Source: Callorhinchus milii (lineage: Eukaryota). Taken from it: DNA of 64,000 bases. The notes beneath the pieces are model-generated. The model was not told the DNA's origin. It worked only from the letters and a program-made list of their open reading frames with translations, and ran no database searches. The stretch covers positions 67,644,001-67,708,000 of the forward strand of contig NW_024704742.1 in the NCBI RefSeq assembly GCF_018977255.1. Direction: 5' to 3'. Below are positions 53,087-64,000 of this stretch, piece after piece; positions within the stretch are counted from its first letter, which is position 1, and each line of letters begins with the position of its first letter. The translations under genes and the position numbers were made by a program.

Positions 53087-53589
53087 ATGAGCAAAAATTA
53101 GATAAACTGGGCTGTTCAGTCTTGAGAGAAGACAACTCAGAGGGGACGTCATAGAGGTGTACAACATTTTAAATGGGATTGAAAATTTAAACCCAGGTCA
53201 AAAATTTTGGATATATCATGACAGTTGAACAAGAGGTTTCGAGGTTGGAAAGTCAATTTGAGGACAGACACCAGCATGTTTTTCTTTAAGCAGACGGTAA
53301 TCAATAACTTTTGCCAGGAGAGGTGGTATAGACCACGACACTGGACTCATTTAAAAAGCATCTGATGCAGTGATGGCTGTTTGTGAAACTTTGCAATTCG
53401 GAAATTGGATGCTGGAAATGTATCAAATGTAAAATAAAATTTTAATCTCAGCCACAAGGATGCTTTGTCACAGGCAGGTGGGACCTCAGTCAAGGAATCA
53501 TCCGTACGACAGCATCACTGACATTACAGAGCCTGCTTTCACCTCCTAACCTTCACCCAGCCTCCTGGGGCTGCACTGGAGCTCAGCAG

Positions 53590-53850
53590 ACTCTGGTCTA
53601 TTTGCCCCAAACTTTGGAACTCCATCCCATAGTCCCTTCATCTCGCTCCCTCCCTTGCCTCCCTCAAGGCCCGTCTCAAGATCCTCCTCTTCGGCTGTGA
53701 CTTCAGTCACCCTCCTACCCTCACTCTCCTCGCCCTCCACCCCTTCTGATCCCAACTCTCTGGCTCGGGTCCAAATCCCTGACTGTCAAGCACCTTGGGA
53801 CATCCTCCTGACGTGAAAGGCGCTATACAAATGTAATTTGTTGTTGTTTT
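53590..53850 (+). mobile_element. L2 3' end
   Basis: L2 hairpin and (TTG)n tail. Confidence 0.85.
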
Positions 53851-54068
53851 TGGAGCATCAGCCTGGGCTGTGAATTCAAATTGCTGGGGTGGAGCTACAA
53901 CCCACAAGCTCCTGACCCAGAGACCTGAGCCAAGATGACCCGCAAGACAACAAATTACATCTGCAATTTGAAACATTCTGAGCTTCACAGCATCCACCAG
54001 CTCAAAAACAATCTTCCTCCCCTCTGCAGTTCAAAAGCCAAAAGTCACGTACAACACCCCTTACGTAC

Positions 54069-54269
54069 ATCGTCATACTTGAACATCTCGAAGAGGTTTA
54101 TTCCCTCAGTGTTCAAAATGAGCTCCTTTTCTCCCTTCTTGTTGCTCGTATTGTTCAAGAGGCAGCGGGTGATTCCTTTAGTTTCATAAACGACTGCATT
54201 CTGGGCTAAGGTCATGATCAGAGAGGAGAGGTCAAAGTGCACCTTCATTATAGGAAGCTTCAGTCGAAC
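54069..54269 (-). CDS. POLR1A: POLR1A exon VRLKLP...GITRC...[14 protein letters not shown], 201 bp
   Basis: Conserved motifs; AG/GT splice sites, phase 0/0. Confidence 0.96.
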
Positions 54270-54805
54270 CTGAGAGGAGGGAAGCCACACATCAAAAATA
54301 TTCCAAAATGTCAGCGGAGAGCTCACAATTTATTTCTCTGCATTGTGACAATTCACACTTAGGATGAAGTAGGATGAAAGTCTGAGATGTCTGGGATCAG
54401 CGAGCAGGGAGGGAGGATAGTGAGTTCAAAGGCGTTGACCAAAGGTACCGTTAAAGAGATAGGGTTGTTAACAGAGACTCGAGGGTGAATGGAGAGTAGG
54501 TGTCAGGCAAAGGGATTTGGGGAAAGAGCTGGAGAGGGCACAATCTCTTATGATAATAATAATCCTTGCATTTGAAAAAGCGCCTTATCATGTCTCAAAG
54601 GACTGTCATTCTCTGCCACAAACTATTGCTGAGGTAGAACTCAATAATTCTTTTGAAAGGGAATGTGATCAATGCTTGAAAAGGAGGGATTTGAAAGGCT
54701 GTGGGAGAATAGGATTAGATCAGGTGGCTCATGAGGAGGAGTGCTGCAATTTCTTATGCTTGTCAGGTCTCTGTGGTGGCTTGTAATCGGGTCCTTATCT
54801 CTTAC

Positions 54806-55075
54806 CTCACACCAAAGGCCCTCAGTCGTGTCGTAACTGTAGTCTTCAAGTGCGGAATGTGAATTTACCACACGGTTCACTCTCAACAGGTCCATTGATT
54901 GGCTTTTCTCTTTCTTCTTCCTTTTTTCACCCTCAGTAAGAAGGGAAGAATATCCTGTAGAGTCCTGATCGATATCTTCACTTTGGTTACCAGACGGATT
55001 ATCTTCGTCTTCCATCTCTTCTTGTTCTTCTCCATCGCCTCCGGCATCCTCTTCCTCCTCACTGTCATAATCAAC
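54806..55075 (-). CDS. POLR1A: POLR1A exon VDYDSEEEED...YDTTEGLWCE, 270 bp
   Basis: Acidic loop region; cacAG/GTAAGA, phase 0/0. Confidence 0.95.
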
Positions 55076-56002
55076 CTGTGACATGATCACACACCATCGC
55101 AGGAATTACAAGGGGCAGTTCAGCCAAAGGAACAGCAAAGCTGCTGTTCTTGTTCAACTCCCATCAGTACTTCTTTTTGGTCAACCAAATGTCTCACACA
55201 ACAACTTGCATTTATATGTATACACACTTCATGCAGGGTAGCAAACAGAAAATCAATCACCATGATTAAGAGTATCCAAACCAGACAAAATTCCACTTAT
55301 GTATACCAACCAACCACCCATGAAAATATCCCTGTGTCTGGAATGGATCGCGCACACTCTGCTTACTTAATTCTGCAGATGGCAAGAGCCAAGGCTTTGG
55401 GGGTGACTGCTGGTATTAAAACCACGTAGTTTGTTATTGAGATCACTGTCAGGCAATCTTTCCGCTGCTTGTCCAGCTGGGACCCCCCTACCAGTTAGGG
55501 TTTTGGCTTATAGCATTAACAAGCTGATCAGGAAGAATTCCTGCCCCCAGTGACTGGCTTGTCTCTCTACGACTTCCTGGTGAGCCAGACTGGCTGGCTT
55601 GTCATCAGTAGTGTCCTGGAGTACCGTGGACCGGCATGGCTCAGGAACTGGACTACAGAGGATTGACTCAATTCCAACATTCCATCACCAAGCATGTTAC
55701 CTTGGAGCCAGCATTTAAGATCTCCTGCCAGTCCTGCCAGCTCCCCACTCTAGCTACTCCTCCTTCCTCACTCCCAGAGGTGACATGTACTCCAACAATA
55801 AACACTGCATTTTATATAGCATCGACAACATCAAAACATCTCAGAGTAAGTGCAGCACCTATGCACTTGTATTGACATTACACCTGTCAGGAACAACAAA
55901 TGTAACAAAAGCCACATTGTGTGTTACACTGGTCAGAAACGATTCATTGCCAAACACCGCACTACACACTGATCAGGAGCGATTCATTCCTGCAGCCTGT
56001 AC

Positions 56003-56119
56003 CTCCTCCTCCTGTTTTTGCCGTCTTTTGGCTTCTGTGGCATCTGTGTCTCCCTCGTCAGCTTCAGCATCGACAATCTGGGCCTCTTCTTCACCCTCAG
56101 CCATATGGTCATCCTGTGA
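56003..56119 (-). CDS. POLR1A: POLR1A exon SQDDHMAEGEEE...DEGDTDATEAKRRQKQEEE, 117 bp
   Basis: DEGD.DA..AKR..KQEEE motif; ttcttAG/GTACAG, phase 0/0. Confidence 0.94.
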
Positions 56120-56619
56120 CTAAGAAACCGGAAACAAAGCAGAAACCACAAGATCAGTGGCCTGAGGGCAAAATGCAGGATAATGACAGAAAGAATTCAG
56201 AAGGTTACACAAAAACTCTGTTAAACAAAGGCTGTCTTTAACCTAGAAGTTTTCTGCTAAAACTGTTGTTATAAGAATTATTTGTTTAATCCTATATCCC
56301 TTAGCAGTGCAAGTGGACAAGCCCATAAATAATGCAAATAGATTCCTTGTCCAAGGAAATAGAGCATCATAGGGAAATAGTGTTAAATTTATATAAGACA
56401 CCACAATTGGAGAACTAAATACCGTTTGCAGCTTTTCTCTCTAAAGTTGAGACAATTGTGAGGTGACTTGATAGAGGTGTTTAAAATAATGAAACTATTC
56501 CATAAGATGGATGTTGCAGGGACTAGAAAGGGTATAAGAGAGGGGAATAGGAGGCGTGAGGGCTCATGTGGGTTATAAACACTGGTATAGACTCGTTGGG
56601 CCAGTCTTTTCTTGTGTTA

Positions 56620-56990
56620 TTCTCTGTAGCGTATTGGTATTGAGCACTCGCCTCGCAAGTGAGAGGACCTGGGTTTGATTCCCAGGAACGGCGAAAGGTA
56701 CGGCAAGTTTCCTTATTCCAGACGCCTCTGTTTACCTAGCAGTAAGTAGAAACCCGGTTGTTAAGCCGATTGGAGGATCGCTTCTCCAGGGGTAATAATT
56801 CCTTCAAAATAAATAATAATTTAGTCATTCAATCCAGGACTATTTGTGGGCACTCCTGTTCGTAATTGGCTGCCGCATTTCACCTACAAAATATACAGTT
56901 AATTCACTTTCCAGTATATTCTGTGAAGCGCTTTGAGATGTCTCAAAGATGTGATAAGGTGCTATATCAAATGCAAGGATTATTATTATC
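56620..56990 (+). mobile_element. tRNA-SINE, older full-length variant
   Basis: tRNA head, Deu core, (TTA)n tail. Confidence 0.88.
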
Positions 56991-57137
56991 ATTCACCTGA
57001 ACAGACACAGGTGATGCAGGGACTCGATAAAAAAATGCTGACTGCATTGTCAGCTCCTGTATTTTGTTCAAAGGTGAATTACGAAACATACAGATGAGTT
57101 ACGATAGGCGGCTGGGCGGTGGTTCTCCACTGCTCAC

Positions 57138-57264
57138 CTGGTTCCCATGGCTGTCCTCGTTGTGATCCAAGTCGCGGGCGGTTGCTTTCCTGGTGTTTAC
57201 CACTTTGAAGGAACCCAGTTTGGCGCTCTTCTTCTTTATGGCTTCGAGGAGCATTCGGAAGAAC
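57138..57264 (-). CDS. POLR1A: POLR1A exon (R)FFRMLLEAIKKK...SHGNQ, 127 bp
   Basis: Aligns with human RFFKLLMESIKKK; AG/GTGAGC, phase 2/0. Confidence 0.95.
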
Positions 57265-58286
57265 CTAGCGAGGAGCACAAAAGTAGAACTGTAACCTTCT
57301 CTGGCAGCAAAATTCTCTCTCTCTCTCTCCCCACCCCACATACACACACACACAAAACAAAAAATCCCAGCGAGTCTCCGCCTCCCAAGACTAAAAGCAC
57401 TGAAAAAAATCTCTCCTGTTGATACAATGAGTCATAGGAAGCTGTGGGTGGTGCACACATCAGTCCATTCGAAGGCAGAGGTGTTGTACCTCTCCTCAAA
57501 ACAAAATGGACACATGCAACATCCGTCACTAAAGTTTCTGTTTTCTTGTTGTTAATCCCAAATATATTTGAGGAATTGCCTAGATCCATAAAGGAGGTGG
57601 ATGATGGGGGCGAGGGTGGCGGGGGGAATTGTTGTTGAGGAGGGGGTGGAGAAGTCAACAGTGAGTATCAGTGATGGCGATCCAGGGACTTGATAAAAAA
57701 AATGCTGACTGCATTGTCAGCTCCTGCATTCCTGCAGGATGAGCAACATGGCTAAAAGTAGAAGGTTGTGTTTGTAATTGCTCATGGGGAAGGCTTGAGA
57801 GCTTTTCACTCAGATTACCACAGTTTCTGCAGTCATTAGTTCATGCTACATGGACTGGACTCTTCAGTTGTTTTATGAAATCATACACAAAAATATCTAT
57901 GTGTATATATATATACATACATACATACAGACATATACAGATGCCCGGACAAGTACACTCACTCAAATACACGTTTTCATATGCATACTCAGACACCCAC
58001 AACATTAACTCAGAAACCCTCATGATAACACAGAGAGACACACACAAACACAGACACCCAAATGCTCACCCAGAGACAATCACACAAAACCAAGATAAAA
58101 CAGAGACAAAAACACTCCTACATGCCCTGCGCGCACGCGCACACACACACACAATAAATGCTGGTTTGTAGGTTTGTCTCCTTCAGTCACACAATATGTA
58201 TTTCCGACAAACAGTATTTGCAAAATGAAGCCAAGCCCCAGAAACTCTTTCCCTTCAACAACAATAAGAACAAGTAAACATACCAT

Positions 58287-58551
58287 TAGTGGCGTAACAA
58301 GGCCCCAGCGGGCCCTGGTGCAAGAATAGGTTTGGGGTCCCCTTTCCGATTCCGAAATTTAAAATGGTAATTACGTTTACTATCTGGTCTACTTATATTC
58401 TCTCTCCCCGACCAAACACATACATGATCCAGCTATATCAAAATGGGGAGTGAGAAAAAACGAGTTGTTCTGCCACGAATGGGTTGGGCCCCATTAACTA
58501 TATGAGCCCTGACATGACTGAACCACTTGCACCATTGTAGTTATGCCACTG
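58287..58551. mobile_element. hAT-type MITE (265 bp)
   Basis: TIRs TAGTGGCGTAAC / GTTATGCCACTG; degenerate 8-bp TSD CATACCAT/AATACCGT. Confidence 0.8.
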
Positions 58552-58777
58552 AATACCGTTCGATCTTATAAATAATAATCCTTACATTTGATACAGCGTC
58601 TTATCATGTTGTTGAGACGTCTCGAATATATTATAAAGTGGATTGACTGTATATTTTGTGGACGAAATCCTACAGCCAATTGCACCCAGCAGTGTCCCAA
58701 ACAGTTGTGGATTGAGTGACCATTTTTTTTTCGAGGGATTATTGCCCCCAGAAAGTGATTACTGCTAGGTAAACAGA

Positions 58778-59102
58778 GTGGAGTCCTGTAGCTCAGTGAT
58801 TAGAGCCCCCGCCTTGCAAGCGAGACACAACCTGGGTTCAATTCTAGGCAGGATGAAACCTTGGGCAAATTTCCTTACTCCACTCGCCTAATAATAATCC
58901 CTCCAAAACAAAACAATAATAAATTGGTCATTTTCAATCCACGACTGTTTGTGGGACATTGCTGTGCACAATTGGCTGCCGCTTTTCGCCCACAAATATA
59001 CGGTCAATTCACTTTACAGCATATTCTGTGAAGCGCTTTGAGACGTCTAGAAGAGACGTCTAGAAAATCGCTATATCAAATGCAAGGATTATTATTATTA
59101 TT
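58778..59102 (+). mobile_element. tRNA-SINE nested in an older antisense copy (58570-59200)
   Basis: Full head to tail; host tail at 58570-58777 and host head at about 59105-59200. Confidence 0.9.
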
Positions 59103-59744
59103 AGTCACGTGGAGTAAGGAAACTTGCTTAAGGTTTCCATCCGCTCGGGCCCCCTTGCTCCTAACGAGCAAGCTAACCACTAAATTCCGGGACTCCACCT
59201 CAAATGAACATTATCTTTACGCTGATGTTCATTGATGTGCACAACATGCCCTAAGCCATGTTTAATGCAACAACACACAGTGCAAAACTCCACTAACAAT
59301 CTGCACCTTGAAAATATTTTTAAAAACACTGCCAGCAAGAATCAAACCTGCTTATTGCAAACATAGCTGAACCTAACAAACCTTTTATAGATATTTGAGC
59401 TCCTTTATTAATGATATCGCAGTTTCAATTGGAAACGTGAACCATTTAATTACAGGGAGTTTCTAGTAAGATTTAGTTGGCACAGTTGATTTTAATGCGG
59501 CTTGAAATAAAACAAAGCGTTCACACAGAGAATTTAGAGAATTGGAAAAAGCTACTTTCACTGTACATAAAGTTCATTTCTTTCTCTTTCTCTTGCTGGC
59601 TGAGTGTCAAGGGTGATGCAATGAATTGTCTGACCCTGAAACTGACCTTAGATAACTGCAGAGCGCAGCGTGAAGAGCAGGCAGAACAGATTGGGTGTGC
59701 TGCACCAAAACATCTCAACAAAAGTGCTTAAAAGAAAAGACCCC

Positions 59745-60095
59745 TGCATTGAATATAACACCAAAATATGCTGCAAGTATAGTTGCTGAATTTGTGGTCA
59801 AATGCAGCAGCCAATTTGTATACAGTAGTGTCCCACAAACAGCCACAAAGTGAATGACCAATTTTATTTGGGTGGAAGACAGGGGGTTATTCTTTGTGAA
59901 TATTCATGGGATCTTTAAGGTCAGATGGGGCTTTGGTTTACTGTCTCCATCTGAGGACAGCTCCTCTGACAATGAAGTGCTCCCACAACCATGCGGTGGA
60001 TGGTAAGCCTGGATCATGAGTGAAAGTCCGGATGTTGGGCTTGAACCCACAACCTCTTCACCCAGAGGGGCGAGTACTACCAACTGGCACGTACA
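59745..60095 (-). mobile_element. Older Deu-type SINE
   Basis: Head/core similar to 38540-38925. Confidence 0.75.
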
Positions 60096-60469
60096 GGTTA
60101 ACAAACCATTTTACAGACCTTTGAACCGATATCTTAGGTTTGTTGATATAAATATCCATTCCTGTTTGCACGTTTCAGTTTATTGCTGTCAGTAAGAATA
60201 ATGTAATGTGATATAAGGTGCTACACCAAATTGCATTTGGTATAGCACTTTATCATATTGTTGAGTCACCTCAAAACACTTTACAGGAATTCACTGTGAA
60301 GTATAGCGCAGTGTATTTGTAGGCGAACAGACAGCCAATTTGCACAAAGCAACTTCCCATAAAATAGCCAGCAACAACACGAGACAGTGCGGGAGCTAGA
60401 GGAGAAACCGTTCGTTTGCAAGGAGAAACCTTGTTCATCTCACTATTGGTGGGCCACTATTCTGCCACT

Positions 60470-61260
60470 CTGCCTGTTCGCTCCCTCCCCTCAGCGAGCT
60501 CTGGTCTGCTTCACGCCCCTCGCCTTGCTCGCCCCTCTATCAACGGGCGGGCCTTCCGCCACTCTGCACCCACCCTCTGGAACTCCATCCCACAGTTCCT
60601 CCATCTCGCCCCCTCCCTTGTCACCTTCAAGACCTATCTCAAGATCCTCCTCTTTGACCGTGCTTTTGATCTCCCTGGATCCCCCCCTGCCCTCCACCCT
60701 CCCCGAGCCCGGGTCCGTAACTCTGTAGGTCCAGTGCCCTGGGACATCCTCCTGACGTGAAAGGCGCTTTACAGATGTAATTTTGTTGTTGTTGTGGAGA
60801 TGAAATGGAGGCAGTGTGAGAGGTACGATTTGAATCAGTCAAAGACAGAGCCGTGAAGGTTGAGGTGAAAGGAAAGGCGTAGGATGAGGATAGAGTGGTC
60901 AACGGTGTCGAAGGCAGTAGAGAGGTCAAGGAGGACGAGGAGGCAGAGGGAGCCCTGGTCGCAGATGAACAGAATGTCATTTGTGACTTTGACCAGCGCT
61001 GTTTCTGTGCTGTGGGCGGCACGGAAACCCGATTGGAGTGGTTCGTGAAGGGAATTGCAAGAGAGGAAGGAGCAACAACTCGTTCCAGGACCTTGGACAG
61101 GAAATGGAGGTTGGAGATGGAGCGGTAGTTTGAGAGAAGTGATGGGTCTAGGGAGGGCTTTTTAAGGATAGGAGTGATGACGGCTGTTTTTAATGGGGTG
61201 GGAACAGTACCAGTGGACAGGGAGAGGTTTATGATGTCATGAAGCGAATAGATGACCAAT
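60470..61260. mobile_element. L2 3' end (+, 60470-60794) abutting an L2 RT fragment (-, 60795-61260)
   Basis: IINLSLSTGTVP..KTAVITPILKKPSLD..NYRSISNL. Confidence 0.9.
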
Positions 61261-61594
61261 TAGTTTTGCTCTCAGTAATCTGGATAGTTCAATATTCGGG
61301 CTATAATCCACCCATCCCCACCCAAGACTGAGCCCAAGCCAAGCATGAGCAATGATAGGGTCAATTGTGAAATGCTGTGCAGTTTGAACTATCTAATTCA
61401 TATTTTTTTCAAAACAAATGTAATTACAAGACCTCAAAAAAGGGTTGCGGTCTGAAAAGAAAGCCCTTTGGCCAATTTGATCTCATCCTTCCAGAATACT
61501 ATCTACGGTACAGTCCGACCATCAAAGCCTTGAGAAGAAAAAAAATCATAGCTTTGATAAAGATTTCGCCCACTTAATTTGCATTCAGTGATCT

Positions 61595-62197
61595 CAACAA
61601 CAACTTGGATTTATATAGCGCCCTCCACACCGGATGGCGTCTCAGAGCACTTTACAGTTTCGGATCCCAGGACCGAGCCAGGGGGACGGGGGGGGGGGAA
61701 GGTGACCAAAGGCGCGGTCGAAAAGAAAGGTCTTCAGCAGAGACCTGAAAATAGGAAAGGAGGGAGCGAGACGAAGGTAGTGAGGAAGGGAATTCCAGAG
61801 CCTCGGGGCATAGTGGCTGAAGGCATGACCGCCGAGGGTGGAGCGGAAGACTCGGGGGACAAGGAGGAGACCAGACCCGGAGGAACAAAGGCAACGGGTG
61901 CTGTTTTGAGGAGAGAGGTCAGAGAGGTAGGGGGGTACAGAGGAGTGCAGGGACTTGAATACGAAGGTGAGGATCTTGGAAGTCGATCCTCTCTGGGATA
62001 GGCAGCCAGTGTAGTCTGGCAAGGACCGGAGTGATCGGGGAGCGGACTTTCGTGCGGGTGAGAATGCGGGCGGCAGAGTTCTGAATGAGTTGGATTTTAT
62101 GGATGGGAGACCAGCGAGGAGGGCATTGGAGTAGTCCAGCCGAGAGGTGACAAAGGCATGGACCAGAGTCTCAGTGGCTTTTGGGGAGAGGTATCTC
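61595..62197 (-). mobile_element. L2 3' end, young subfamily
   Basis: Highly similar to 12420-13010. Confidence 0.93.
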
Positions 62198-62360
62198 AGG
62201 GAAACTTATGAACCATATAGAGCAGGACACATGTTTCGAGTCTGGTTTCAGCTTACGCAAGCACCGTTTTAGTTGCAGGTGATGCTTTAAACAAACATTT
62301 GAGAGTTTCAGACCCTGATAGCAGGTGAGCTCATCCATAAACCAGTGAGCTAGAGGGGGC

Positions 62361-62395
<35 letters not shown>

Positions 62396-63521
62396 CCTTG
62401 CATTTGATATAGCGCTTTTCACGTCAGGACGTCCCAAAGCGCTTCACAGAACACACTGTAAAGTGAAATCTATCAATCGCCCACAAAATATACACTTTAC
62501 AATATATTCTGTGAAGTGCTTTGAGAAAATCACAACAATGTGATGAGGCACTATATCAAATTATTATTATAATAACAACAACACATTACATTTGTGTAAC
62601 GTCTTTCAAGTCAGGAGGACCTTCCCAAGGTGCTGGACAGTCAGGCATATGCACCCGATCTGGTGGTTGGGATCAGACAAGCAGGGAGTTTGCATAGTTG
62701 AGCCTAGATGTGATGAATGTGTGGATGAGGGTCTCGGTGGCTTGGGGTGAGACACAGTGGTGGAGCCGGACAATGTTGCGGAGGTGGGGAAAAGAGGAGC
62801 GGGTCATGGCACGGATGTGGAGGATAATTGATGGTTAACTATCGCCAAGGTTCCATACTGGCTCCATGAGGTGTAGAGTACATCCATGAAGGGTGCAGTA
62901 CCAGCTTTTGGGATGCCTTCTGATGTGAAAGGCAGTAAATACATGTAAATTTGTATTGTATTCTGGACCTGAGGGATACCAGAACTGCCGTATGCTTCAG
63001 TCTCCCTGCGCTGACTGGCTGGCACCTCTGCTTTGCCAGCAGCACTCCTAGTGCCAATGGTGTCCTATCAACCAAGTCATGGCACAACTCGGTAGTAGAA
63101 GCTGATTGTTTAGGTAGATGTTAAAGATCTCACGGGACTATTTAAAAAGAGAAAGGAGATTCTCCCAGTGTCCTGGCCCACAATCCCCCAAATAAAATTG
63201 GTCATTCACTATTATGGCTGTTTGTGGGATATTGCTGTGTGCAAACTGGCATCCCCATTTGCTCACAAAGTACAGTCACTACATTTTACAGTAAATGTAA
63301 ACCTACCTCTTTGACCACACCTGTGATGACCTCCCATCCCTCTCTCCCGTGTCTGACTCGCATCTTTGTACAGTGCTACGAGACGCTATTCCACATGAAG
63401 GTCACTAAATGATTGTGGTTTGAATTAATTCACCTCCAAAAAGACATTGGATTCCGCAAAGCGCTTTGAGATGTCCTCCCGACGTGAACAGCACTGTGTT
63501 AAATGAAAAGGTTATTATTAC

Positions 63522-63676
63522 CTGGTCTCCAAATAGTGCAGCAGATCGGCTGGCTTCAGGCACTTCTCTTCTTGGTACAGTTCATGGCGCAGGAAATGAA
63601 ATGTTATTTGATAAACGTTGTACATCAGGGTCCCTTCAATCTGGAAAGTGTCCTGCACATCAATCTTGTGCAGAAC
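63522..63676 (-). CDS. POLR1A: POLR1A exon VLHKIDVQDTF...EEKCLKPADLLHYLET(R), 155 bp; the gene continues beyond the window
   Basis: Aligns with human VLQKIDVQESF...EKCLRPEDILRFMETR; tttgcAG/GTAATA, phase 0/2 joins the next exon. Confidence 0.95.
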
Positions 63677-64000
63677 CTGCAAATTAAATAAAAGAACATT
63701 TTGCGAAACTACATATATAAAAGTATCCAAATCATTAATAATAATCCTTGCATTTGAGACAGCGCCTTTCATATTGGAAGGGTGCCCCAAAGCCCGTCAG
63801 AGCAGTTACTGTGAAGTGGAGTGATTATTTTGTAGATGAACGTGGCAGCACAATTGTCCCGGAAACAGCCATGAAATGAATTAGCAATTTTATTTGGGGG
63901 ATTGTTGGCCAGGACTCCCTTCTCTATTCCAGCACAGACAGCCTGACTCATTGGCAGGACCTGAAAGGACAGACCAGTTACTGGGGGCATGGAATCATCC

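Noticed and set aside
57010..57063. Box C/D snoRNA (GTGATG-like start)
   Set aside because: The C box is imperfect and antisense to the host transcript, with no terminal D box/stem

Overview
Repeat-rich vertebrate genomic DNA, not prokaryotic. The CR1/L2 LINEs and Deu-domain tRNA-SINEs point to a cartilaginous fish, possibly a chimaera (inference). Two genes lie in tandem on the minus strand. (1) The last eight coding exons of POLR1A, the RNA polymerase I largest subunit, run from 63676 down to the stop at 37920; splice sites and phases are all consistent, with a probable poly(A) signal at 37463. (2) The 5' end of a probable ST3GAL5 (GM3 synthase) has a CpG-island promoter/first exon at about 19.8-20.5 kb and an ATG-containing exon at 985-1106, matching the human POLR1A-ST3GAL5 order. 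The rest is mostly decayed transposable elements: CR1 and L2 LINEs, two SINE families, four solo LTRs, a hAT transposon and MITEs, often deeply nested. I found no convincing wholly new biological system. The most interesting signals are a covarying 3' RNA hairpin shared by the SINE and two L2 subfamilies, an ST3GAL5 leader that seems to allow only the short isoform (with uORFs and tandem donors), a SINE<hAT<CR1 nest, and three solo LTRs inside one CR1. Repeat boundaries are approximate unless target-site duplications (TSDs) are quoted.
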